A stretch of 64,000 nucleotides of DNA from Thermoanaerobaculia bacterium (GTDB lineage: Bacteria; Acidobacteriota; Thermoanaerobaculia; Multivoradales; Multivoraceae): NCBI GenBank assembly GCA_963666565.1, contig OY762911.1, forward strand, positions 1,024,001 to 1,088,000, read 5' to 3'. Shown here one piece after another: positions 17,973 through 26,325 of this stretch. How positions within the stretch are numbered: position 1 is the first letter of the stretch; every line of letters begins with the position of its first letter. The position numbers and the translations under genes were made by a program. The notes beneath the pieces are model-generated. The model ran no database searches. It was not told the origin of the DNA and saw nothing but the letters and a program-made list of their open reading frames with translations.

Positions 17973-20747
17973 ATGTTCGGCAAGAGACCACACCCTGGGT
18001 GCACGTGTCGATGCACGGGTCGGTGCGCGGGTCTTCTGACCCGCATGGCCGCCGAAGGCGGCGAAGGACATCGTCGCCGGCCCTTGGCCGGCGGCCGTGT
18101 TGTCTCGGGCTGCGCCGCTTCGCGGCTGCGCCCGAAAGCGGGTCGGAAGACCCGCGCACCCAGCGCACCCATAGTCGCCCTGGCCGCTCTGCTGCCCCTG
18201 GCCGCCACCCCCACCACCGCCGCAACAGGCCCCCAAACCACCCCCATCGACCTCGACGCCTACGCCAGCGTCCTCCACGTCTCCACCACCACCGGCAACG
18301 ACACCACAGGCAACGGCGTCGCAGCCACCCCGTACGCCACCCTCACCGCCGCCCTCGCCGCCGCCGCCGCATCCGCCAACGTAACCGACACCAACCGCAC
18401 AGCCATCCTCATGGCCGCCGGCACCTACCCAACCCACAACCTCACCCTGCCCCCGAACACCGACCTCTACGGCGGCTTCAACCCCACCTCCACCGACTGG
18501 ACCCGCGACCGCGACATCCAGGTCCACCCAACCATCCTCGACGCTCAGGGCGAAGACCGCGTCCTCACCATCGCCGCCGCCTCCGGTACCGCCGCCGACG
18601 CGACCGCCCCCGTCTCCGCCGGCGCCGGCACTCCCGCCACCCCCACCAACCGCCTAGACGGCCTCCGCATCCAGGGCGGCCGGGTTCGCGCCCCCGGCGG
18701 CGGCATCCTCATCGACGGCGCCTCACCCGTCCTCACCAACAACGTCTTCACCGGCCACAGCACTCTCACCCCCGAAGGCTGGGCCCCCAAGTACCTCCAC
18801 GAAACCGCCCACGACGGCGGCGCCATCTACTGCCGCAACGGCGGCGCCCCGGAAATCCGCAACAACCTGATCGCCGAGAACGGCACCCAAACCGGCCGCG
18901 GCGGCGGCATCGCCTTCGACGGTCACTGCGACGGCCTGATCGCCGACAACGTCCTAATCGGCAACGTCGCCGGCACCGCCGACACGATGCGCAGCAGCGA
19001 CGGCGGCGGCATCTCCATCTTCAACTGGTCGTCGCCCGAGATCAGCGGCAACGTCGTCCTCGAGAACTGGGCCTTCAACAACAACGACGGCGGCGGCATC
19101 TTCGTCGCTTACTGGTCCTCGGCCAGGGTCCGCGACAACGTCATCGTCGCCAACATGGGCGGAGACGACGGGGGCGGCCTGTTCGTGGGCGGCCAGGAGC
19201 ACCGCTACGACCGGCCGTTCGACCCGATGCCGAGCGCCGGGGACTTCTTCGTCGAAGTGACCGGCAACCGCTTCTTCGGCAACTCCAACCCCTCCGGCAA
19301 CTCCGGCGCCCTGCGCATCACGATGGAGAGCCGCGGCCGGGTCGAGGGCAACGTCGCCGCGCTCAACGGCGGCTTCTACCTGCAGCGGAGCGAGCTGGAG
19401 GTCGTGGACAACACGATCCTCGAAGACACCCTGCTCATCGAGACCAAGGAGGGGCTCGAGCCCACGCGCTTCAGCAACAACATCGTTGCCGGGTCGCTGG
19501 AGAGCGACCGCACCGCGATCGTCACCGCGTCCCTGATCCGCGACGGTTCCGTGGGCGAAGGCAACGAGGCTGGACTACCCGAGTTCCTCGACGACGGCCG
19601 GGAACTCCAGGTGGTCGGCGCCTCCTGGTCCGCAGTTGGCCACCAGACCCACGTCACCGTCGCGGCGCCGCTTCCCGCCGCGGATCTCACCAACCGCGTC
19701 GTCGCCAGCAGCGGCGGCTGGGGGGTCGTCCACTCCGCCTCCGGCCGCCACCTGACCCTCTGGGGCGACCTCCGTTCCGCCACCGAGCTCCGCCTCCTGC
19801 CGACCTACCGCCAGATCGCCGATTCACCCGGCTTCGGCAAGGGCTTCGACGCCGCCCGCGCGGTCTCCGACCACGAGCCGCGGCGCGTCAACAAGTCCAT
19901 CGAACTCCTCGAGCGCGGTCAGCCCATCTACTACGACGCCTCCACCGGCGGCTACGAGGAAGGCGTGCAGATGGCCGGCACCTGGGGCGACTACATCATC
20001 TACAACGTCGAGCACGTGGCGCTCGACTTCGCGGCGCTCCGCGAGTTCATGCGCGGCCTGGTCGACGCCGGCCCCACCCCGAGCGGCCACCGGACGCCGA
20101 CCGTCATCGTCTCCCTGCCCCTGCTCGGCCTCGACGAACCGACCGTCACCGCCGGCGGCTGGATGGTCCAGCAGGCCCTAGCCCAGGGCGTCCACGGCGT
20201 CCACCTCGCCCGCGCCCGCGACCCCGAGGGCGTCAAGCGCTTCGTCCAGGCCGCCCGCTACCCGATCCACAAGCAGGCCGTCGACATCGTGGGCGAAGGC
20301 CTCCGCGGCTGGGGCAGCCACACCTTCGCCGCCTGGGTCTGGGGCCTCAGCGTCCCGGAGTACCTCCAGAAAGCCGACGTCTGGCCTCTCAACCCCGAAG
20401 GCGAGATCATGCTCGGCGTCAAGCTGGAAGACCAGCAGGCACTGGACCGGGCCGCCGAGACGCTCTCCGTCCCCGGCCTGGCCTTCGCCGAGCATGGCCC
20501 GCGGGACCTGGGCCTGTCGTATGGCTACCTGGAAGGCCGCGCCGACCCGCCGCTGCCGCCCGAGGTCGTCGCCGCCGGGGACATGGTGCTGGGGCTGACC
20601 AAGGAGCGGGGGATGTTCTTTCTGGACAATGTGCTGCCCGAGAACGTGGCGGGCCAGATCGACCGCGGCGTGATGATCGGCGCGGGCCGGCGGGAGGATT
20701 CGGCGGAGGTGGGGAGGGAGTACAGCGGGCGGAGGATGCCTTGGTAG
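17973..20747 (+). CDS. Secreted right-handed beta-helix protein fused to a C-terminal HpcH/HpaI aldolase-like domain; REPIN insert in the N-terminus
   Basis: GGAGGA RBS; G.D...G....PY.T start, GGGI/GGAI coils; C-terminal DVWPLNPEGEIMLGVKLED, HGPRDLGLS. Confidence 0.75.
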   Translation: MFGKRPHPGCTCRCTGRCAGLLTRMAAEGGEGHRRRPLAGGRVVSGCAASRLRPKAGRKTRAPSAPIVALAALLPLAATPTTAATGPQTTPIDLDAYASVLHVSTTTGNDTTGNGVAATPYATLTAALAAAAASANVTDTNRTAILMAAGTYPTHNLTLPPNTDLYGGFNPTSTDWTRDRDIQVHPTILDAQGEDRVLTIAAASGTAADATAPVSAGAGTPATPTNRLDGLRIQGGRVRAPGGGILIDGASPVLTNNVFTGHSTLTPEGWAPKYLHETAHDGGAIYCRNGGAPEIRNNLIAENGTQTGRGGGIAFDGHCDGLIADNVLIGNVAGTADTMRSSDGGGISIFNWSSPEISGNVVLENWAFNNNDGGGIFVAYWSSARVRDNVIVANMGGDDGGGLFVGGQEHRYDRPFDPMPSAGDFFVEVTGNRFFGNSNPSGNSGALRITMESRGRVEGNVAALNGGFYLQRSELEVVDNTILEDTLLIETKEGLEPTRFSNNIVAGSLESDRTAIVTASLIRDGSVGEGNEAGLPEFLDDGRELQVVGASWSAVGHQTHVTVAAPLPAADLTNRVVASSGGWGVVHSASGRHLTLWGDLRSATELRLLPTYRQIADSPGFGKGFDAARAVSDHEPRRVNKSIELLERGQPIYYDASTGGYEEGVQMAGTWGDYIIYNVEHVALDFAALREFMRGLVDAGPTPSGHRTPTVIVSLPLLGLDEPTVTAGGWMVQQALAQGVHGVHLARARDPEGVKRFVQAARYPIHKQAVDIVGEGLRGWGSHTFAAWVWGLSVPEYLQKADVWPLNPEGEIMLGVKLEDQQALDRAAETLSVPGLAFAEHGPRDLGLSYGYLEGRADPPLPPEVVAAGDMVLGLTKERGMFFLDNVLPENVAGQIDRGVMIGAGRREDSAEVGREYSGRRMPW
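17995..18163. repeat. REPIN-like element A with a degenerate 12-bp stutter in the left arm
   Basis: ctgggtgcacgtgtcg-atgcacgggtcg-gtgcgcgggtcttctgacccgc ... gcgggtcggaagacccgcgcacccag. Confidence 0.9.
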
Positions 20748-20883
20748 CGAGTCAGAACCCTGCCCCGGTTCGCGGTCCGCTCGCCGCAGTGCGCCGTCAG
20801 GGGGCCAGCGGATAGCGGCGGGTCACGTCGAGAAACGCCTCCGTGTCCACGGGCCGCTCGAGCGGATCCGGCTGCGTCAGGGC

Positions 20884-21330
20884 TCAGGTGCCCTGGTCGC
20901 GATCCCAAGCGAGGCGGACGGCGACGAACGCGGCGGTGGTTCCGTGCTGGACGAGCCGCTCCAGGAACGCGCCGGCCGCGGCCGCGGCGTGGGCCGGGTC
21001 GCCGTAGCGGAGTTCCTCGGGCCAGGTGAAACGGTCGAGCCAGTCCAGCAGGTCCCGGCCGGGCGCGGCCAGCATCCGGTACTGGGGGAAGTGGATGTGG
21101 GCGTCGATGAAGCCCGGGAGAACCAGGGCGTCGCCGTAGTCGGTCCGGGGGAGCCGCCGGTAGCGCGCCGGCAACTCCGCGGCGTCCCCGCGGAACGCGA
21201 TGCGGCCCTCCCCGTCGACCGCGACGGCGCCCCGCGGGTGGAAGCGGACGGCGTCCGCCGGGCTCGCGGCCGCCGGATCGGCGCGGTAGGTCAGGACGGC
21301 GCCGCGGATCGTCCGCCCGCTCTGCGTCAC
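20884..21330 (-). pseudogene. Guanine deaminase duplicate with an 876-bp in-frame deletion
   Basis: Closely matches both ends of 3805..5127; joined at a gcggcg microhomology; central catalytic motifs lost. Confidence 0.9.
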
Positions 21331-21599
21331 CCCGGGATCAGGCGACGAGTCACGTCGAGAAACGCGTCCGTGTCCATCTCGGCCTCCAGGGCGGAGAGCT
21401 TCCCGAAGTCGTACCCGACCCTTGCGCCCATGGGACAGGTCCGTTGGACGAACGGCGGATGTTCCAGATCGCTGGCGACTCCGGCGAGGCCGCGGCGCAC
21501 GGCGTCGTTCAGGGTCTGCTTGAAGGTCTGCCCCCGCTGGCGCGTCGCCTCGCGCAGCAGCGATTCGGTATCGGCGTCGAGCGTGACGGTCGTTCGCAT
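21327..21599 (-). CDS. VapB-like ribbon-helix-helix antitoxin, no adjacent toxin
   Basis: MRTTVTLD..., similar to 29648..29893, which is paired with a PIN toxin. Confidence 0.8.
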   Translation of the reverse strand: MRTTVTLDADTESLLREATRQRGQTFKQTLNDAVRRGLAGVASDLEHPPFVQRTCPMGARVGYDFGKLSALEAEMDTDAFLDVTRRLIPG

Positions 21600-21605
21600 G
21601 AAGGG

Positions 21606-21636
21606 GCATCGTGATGCTCGCCATGCATAATGTCAA
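21606..21636 (-). promoter_or_regulatory. Putative promoter TTGACA-17-CACGAT overlapping a gcatc-gt-gatgc operator-like palindrome
   Basis: Read directly; -10 lies 8 nt from the ATG. Confidence 0.55.
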
Positions 21637-21647
21637 GGCGTCGTCGC

Positions 21648-22200
21648 CGAGGGCGTCCACGGCGTCCACCTCGCCCGCGCCCGCGACTCCGAGGGCGTCA
21701 AGCGCTTCGTCCAGGCCGCTCGCTACCCGATCCACAAGCAGGCCATCGAGATGGTCGGCGAAGGCCTCCGCGGCTGGGGCAGCCACACCTTCGCCCCCTG
21801 GGTCTGGGGCCTCAGCACCCAGGAGTACCTCCAGAAGGCCGAGGTCTGGCCGCTGAACCCCGAAGGCGAGATCATGCTCGGCGTCAAGCTGGAGGACCAG
21901 CAGGCTCTGGACCGGGCCGCCGAGACCCTCTCCGTCCCCGGCCTGGCCTTCGCCGAGCATGGCCCTCGGGACCTGGGCCTGTCGTACGGCTACCTGGAAG
22001 ACCGGGCCGACCCGCCCCTGCCGCCCGAGGTCGTCGCGGGCGGCGGCATGGTGCTGGAGTTGACGAAGGAGCGGGGGATGCTCTTCCTGAACAACGTGCT
22101 GCCGGAGAATGTGGCGGAGCAGATCGACTGCGGCGTGATGACTGGGGCAGAGCGACGGGACGATTCGGCGGAGGTGGGCAGGGGTCTACAGTGGGCGATT
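21648..22200 (+). pseudogene. Duplicate of the 3' aldolase-like part of 17973..20747
   Basis: Aligns with about 20183..20747; no 5' part; diverges near the end. Confidence 0.88.
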
Positions 22201-22233
22201 GACGCTTTGGTGGTATCTGCCGAATGTTCGGGG

Positions 22234-23534
22234 GGCTCTTCAGGGTTTCGAGTGGAACGTGAGGGAATCGGGGTAGAGGTTCAGGCCGCCGAGATGCAAG
22301 TAGATGGCGGTGCGGAACCGGTCCCTATTCCGGTAGCCGCGGGCGGTCTTCTTGAGCGACTGGATGACCGAGTTGATGCCTTCGAGGCGGGCGTTGGTGA
22401 CGCCCCGCTCGATCGCGTTCAGCACGCCGTCGAGATGAGCCTTGATCATGCGGGCGACTTCCTTCATGGGCTCGAGACGGCAGCGGATCGCCCACGAGTA
22501 CCAGCCGTCGAAGATCTCTCGCGCCTCGGGGCGGTCCCGCGTCTCCCACATCATCATCGCCAGCTCCTTCAGGTGCCAGCAACGCGCCGTCTTCAGAGTC
22601 GCGTTCACCAGGGTCTTGAAGGAGGCCGCATGCCTCTCCGGCAACCGGTCGGGGTGATACAGCCACATGTGCCGGGTGCCGGCCAGCCGGTCGTCCCCTC
22701 GCTTCCGCAACTCCCGGTGCTCCGCCACCCGCACCCGGTTGACGGCGTCGCCCAGATGAGCCGCGACATGGAACTTGTCGTACGCGAGCTTGTCGCCGCC
22801 GGCAGGCAGGCAGGACACCGTCGCCGAGATGTACGCCGGCCACATGTCCATCGCCACCGTCTCGATCCGCGAGCGCGCCGCCTCCGACAGCGACTCGTAG
22901 TACGAGGACAGAGCGTCCTTGCCCCGACCGTCCGCCACGTGGTGCACCCGCGGCTCGCCCTCGATGTCAGCCACCACCGTCACGTACTCGTGGCGCTTCT
23001 GAAACGACGTCTCGTCCACGCCCAGAACCCTCGACGCCGGCGCCGGACCGCGCCGCTCGAGCCCGCGCTTCACCGCACGCTCCATCACGCCGGATACCTG
23101 GTCCCAACTCAGGTCCAGAAGCCGAGCCACCGCCGAGACGCTCGCCGCACCCAGCCAGTCGATCGCCAGCGCCTCGAACAACGCCGTGAAACGAGAACCC
23201 GGGTCCGACCAGGGCACGCCGATCGTCAGCACTCCGTGCTCCGCGCACCGCACCCGAGGCACCTCCGCGGTCAGGATCGTCCGGTACTGGCACGTCGGCA
23301 GATGCCGCCAGCGCCGACGACGCGAATCGTGCCGGCTCGCAGCGCCGCCGCACTTCGGACAACGATAGGACTCGCCGTCGCCACGAGCCACCAGAACCTC
23401 CACCTCGCCGGACTCAAGCCGCAACTCGACGTCCGTCACCTTCCAGGGACTCTCGATGCCGAGAATCCGACCGTACAAGTCTGTGTCGCGCATCGCGCCA
23501 CACTACGCGATTCCACCATCAACCCTGAAGAGCC
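22234..23534 (-). mobile_element. ISL3-family insertion sequence, 1301 bp
   Basis: 24-bp terminal inverted repeats (ggctcttcagggtt....gtggaa, 4 mismatches); 8-bp target duplication gttcgggg at 22226..22233 and 23535..23542. Confidence 0.95.
22240..23493 (-). CDS. ISL3 transposase
   Basis: CPKCG zinc finger, LGVDE, AMDMW, DKFHV, TNARLEGINS, ARGYRN. Confidence 0.96.
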   Translation of the reverse strand: MRDTDLYGRILGIESPWKVTDVELRLESGEVEVLVARGDGESYRCPKCGGAASRHDSRRRRWRHLPTCQYRTILTAEVPRVRCAEHGVLTIGVPWSDPGSRFTALFEALAIDWLGAASVSAVARLLDLSWDQVSGVMERAVKRGLERRGPAPASRVLGVDETSFQKRHEYVTVVADIEGEPRVHHVADGRGKDALSSYYESLSEAARSRIETVAMDMWPAYISATVSCLPAGGDKLAYDKFHVAAHLGDAVNRVRVAEHRELRKRGDDRLAGTRHMWLYHPDRLPERHAASFKTLVNATLKTARCWHLKELAMMMWETRDRPEAREIFDGWYSWAIRCRLEPMKEVARMIKAHLDGVLNAIERGVTNARLEGINSVIQSLKKTARGYRNRDRFRTAIYLHLGGLNLYPDSLTFHSKP

Positions 23535-23738
23535 GTTCGGGGATGGCAGGTCGGAGCGCGTTGACTTGGTGCCTCGCGCCAGCGTCCAATCGGACGGCTT
23601 CTCGGTCCGACCGACCGAAGCCCAATGCGGCAAAGGCCAATCGACGCCACTTTAGCGGCCTTCCGCTCTGTCATCCGTTCAACCAAAGCCGCAGTTGCCG
23701 AACCTTGCCCATGGCCGCTCCGTGCCGTCCCTTGCAGT

Positions 23739-25463
23739 TCAAGAACTACTTGTAAACAACTCAGCGTTGACAGGGCTGCGCCGGTACTCTGTTCTCGCGA
23801 CGTCTCCCGGCCTCAGGGTGCCAGACCACTCAAAGCACTTGCTGTTCTCTCGGATCTCGGGGTCAGACCAGCTCCACTGCTTTCCACTCCTGCTCTGTGT
23901 GATCATCTCGGCTACTCGCGCAGTGACCTCGGCCCGCTTCGCCTCCGAGACCCACCAAGGGTAGGGCATCCGTTCGAAATCCTTGCTCTGAATGTTCATC
24001 GTGTGGTTGATCGCGGTCTTCAGGACCTTTGCGGCTAAGTCGGACAGCAGCCAGCCCAACACGAAGAACAGCTCGGATCGCTCCACGCCGTCCCTGGGAA
24101 AGGCGCACGGAGCACCGCTGTCCAGAATGTAACCCGCTGGCAAGTACCTCGCGACGAATCTCGATCCCACTAGTTGCCAAGTGATCCCCTCTCTCTTGAA
24201 GTAGGGCAGACCCCCAACGCCCCGTAGGTACCAGTTTCCCGTTCGCTTGAACGTGAGAACTGCATCGCCTTCATCTGCCCAATAGATGCAATGTGTGGGT
24301 TCTGAGAACACCAACCGCCCATTCGCCTTGTTGTAGGGCAAGTAACGATCATCCGGCAAGTTAACGATCAGGGGCTCACGCCGCTCCACGACATGAAGCC
24401 GGCGCTGTCTAGCGCCGCAGGCTTCGGCACGACGCAGCTCCGCCTCCCGTCGAGGTGCGAGCCTTCCGAGCCGTGCCCGATCTCGCTCATACTGAACTGT
24501 GATCGGCTCATCAACGAACTCGAATCGATAGGGCTCCCTGATCCGGCGGTGCTCATCGATCTCGCGGACAAAGAAGACGTTCTTCCCGGTCGTCATGCCG
24601 CTTGATGCAACGAAGCGGTCGCCTAGGCAGGCTCCTCGAAAGAGCTTTTCCAAGTCGGGCGTAACCCCCCAGGAGAGGTTCCTGGTAGACCGAACGGCTC
24701 GGCCTGGAACTACAGTCGAGTTCCGACGAACACGGCCCCGGTGCTCTCCCTTCGTGAAATGAAGAACCAGCATGGGGTAAGCGGTTTCTGAAGAGAACGC
24801 GTCAAGGTCCGTGAGCAAAACGTCGCCCTCGCTCATCAACAGGTTACGGAGTCCGGTCATTGTCGGGATGGTGAGAAGAGTATTGCTACATACAAAGGCT
24901 AACTGGCCGCCCGGGCGCAGAAGGTCGACGCAGGCGACGATGAAGAAAGCGTACGTCTCCTTTTTGATCTTTCTGCCGAACCGCCTGCCAAGAGTGCGGT
25001 CAAGGGTATCTTCGAGGGAGGCGTCGAAGGTGCCCCCAAAAGGCGGGTTTCCCAGAACGAGGTCGAATGTTCCTGGAGAGAGCGAGAGAGGTTGGTAGGA
25101 GCCAGTGCTGATCGAGCCGCGAAGGTAGGAGCGGAAGAAGTCACCCTCATAGACGTTGACGTTCAACTCGGTTCGGTGGCTGGCGCGCCAGTCCGCAAGG
25201 CGGCCTCGGGCGGAGGATGCGAGCGAGGGGTCGAGCTCTAGACCGGAGAGCTGCAGGTCTGAAGGACTTGGCTCCGTTGGCGTAGTCGGAACAAGCCGGT
25301 CTGCGAGGGCGATGAGAAAGGAGCCGTCGCCACAGGACGGCTCAAGTACACTCCCACGAGCCGGCAGGTCCAACTGCTCAACAATCCGGCGCGCTAGTGG
25401 GAGCGGAGTCATGTACTGACCCCGCTGGCGCTTCCGGTTGCGCTCGTGCTTCCTCTGTCTCAT
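23739..25463 (-). CDS. Amino (N6-adenine, gamma-type) DNA methyltransferase
   Basis: GQYMTP, LEPSCGDG, GNPPF; C-terminal TRD-like region. Confidence 0.88.
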   Translation of the reverse strand: MRQRKHERNRKRQRGQYMTPLPLARRIVEQLDLPARGSVLEPSCGDGSFLIALADRLVPTTPTEPSPSDLQLSGLELDPSLASSARGRLADWRASHRTELNVNVYEGDFFRSYLRGSISTGSYQPLSLSPGTFDLVLGNPPFGGTFDASLEDTLDRTLGRRFGRKIKKETYAFFIVACVDLLRPGGQLAFVCSNTLLTIPTMTGLRNLLMSEGDVLLTDLDAFSSETAYPMLVLHFTKGEHRGRVRRNSTVVPGRAVRSTRNLSWGVTPDLEKLFRGACLGDRFVASSGMTTGKNVFFVREIDEHRRIREPYRFEFVDEPITVQYERDRARLGRLAPRREAELRRAEACGARQRRLHVVERREPLIVNLPDDRYLPYNKANGRLVFSEPTHCIYWADEGDAVLTFKRTGNWYLRGVGGLPYFKREGITWQLVGSRFVARYLPAGYILDSGAPCAFPRDGVERSELFFVLGWLLSDLAAKVLKTAINHTMNIQSKDFERMPYPWWVSEAKRAEVTARVAEMITQSRSGKQWSWSDPEIRENSKCFEWSGTLRPGDVARTEYRRSPVNAELFTSSS

Positions 25464-26161
25464 GTCACGAAGGACATCGCCGACTGGTCTACGGTGAAGT
25501 CTGTGTTTCGGAACGATTGAAGTAGAGTCTTCTGACGGTGGAGACGAGTTCGGCGATTCGCGAATAGGTCTTCGAGCTTGCGCTCAAAGAGGTCGAAGAG
25601 GATCTCTGCCTTGGCCGGAAGCGAACGATCGGGCACGTCGTAGCCGGCTTCGTGCGCTTCGTAGAAGTCTCTTTCGCGGAGCATTATCTGGCCAGGGCCT
25701 GCGTCGTAGGTGATGAAGTCGATCCAGTCGAGGACGTCTATGAGGAACGTCTTGTGACTCAGAGGCGGAGTTAGACTGAACTTGATGATGAGGAGATAGT
25801 AAGAGTCGATCCTTCGGTTGAGGATGTAGTCGAGGAGCTTCTGCATAGATACAAGATTGGGTTGGCCGTTCATGTCCTGGAGGCCGGACTTTATGTTGAT
25901 CGGATTGAACATGCGTTCGGAGTGCACCCATACGTCTCCCATTGACCGCAGCTTTGGCGTCCCGTTGCGGTTGCCCTCAAAGCGGGTGTCAAGGTGGATC
26001 TTCAAGAGGGACGTTGTCCGATCATCGACGTAGTCAGCCATGCGGTGGCCAGGTTCCTTCCCGCTGGTCAGGTCGGTGAAGGCGCGGTCGTGGACGTGTG
26101 CAGACCAATGTTCGTTGGTCAGGTTTACGATACGGGTTTGGAGAGCAGTGGCGAGGGGCAT
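25460..26161 (-). CDS. Putative type II restriction endonuclease
   Basis: GD-x-INIK nuclease-like motif (MGDVW...NPINIKSG); stop overlaps the MTase start. Confidence 0.6.
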   Translation of the reverse strand: MPLATALQTRIVNLTNEHWSAHVHDRAFTDLTSGKEPGHRMADYVDDRTTSLLKIHLDTRFEGNRNGTPKLRSMGDVWVHSERMFNPINIKSGLQDMNGQPNLVSMQKLLDYILNRRIDSYYLLIIKFSLTPPLSHKTFLIDVLDWIDFITYDAGPGQIMLRERDFYEAHEAGYDVPDRSLPAKAEILFDLFERKLEDLFANRRTRLHRQKTLLQSFRNTDFTVDQSAMSFVT

Positions 26162-26325
26162 CAAACTGGTCCTAGAGCCGCCCCGGGGGGTTGGCGGGTT
26201 CGGTTGACGTGTCCGGTAGAGGCTAGGTGATTGGAGGGGGAGATGCGAGCGGGTCAGGCTCAGAAGCGGGTGGCGGAGAAGAAGTGGAGTTCCGAGACCC
26301 ATTTGGCACTTAGTAGCACCGGCCG

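Noticed and set aside
5332-18163. Palindromes at gene junctions as integron attC sites
   Set aside because: No RYYYAAC/GTTRRRY cores, no integrase, and the elements lie inside 5' coding ends
20183-22200. Diverged gene-end duplicate as a DGR template/variable repeat pair
   Set aside because: Differences are not confined to adenines and no reverse transcriptase is present
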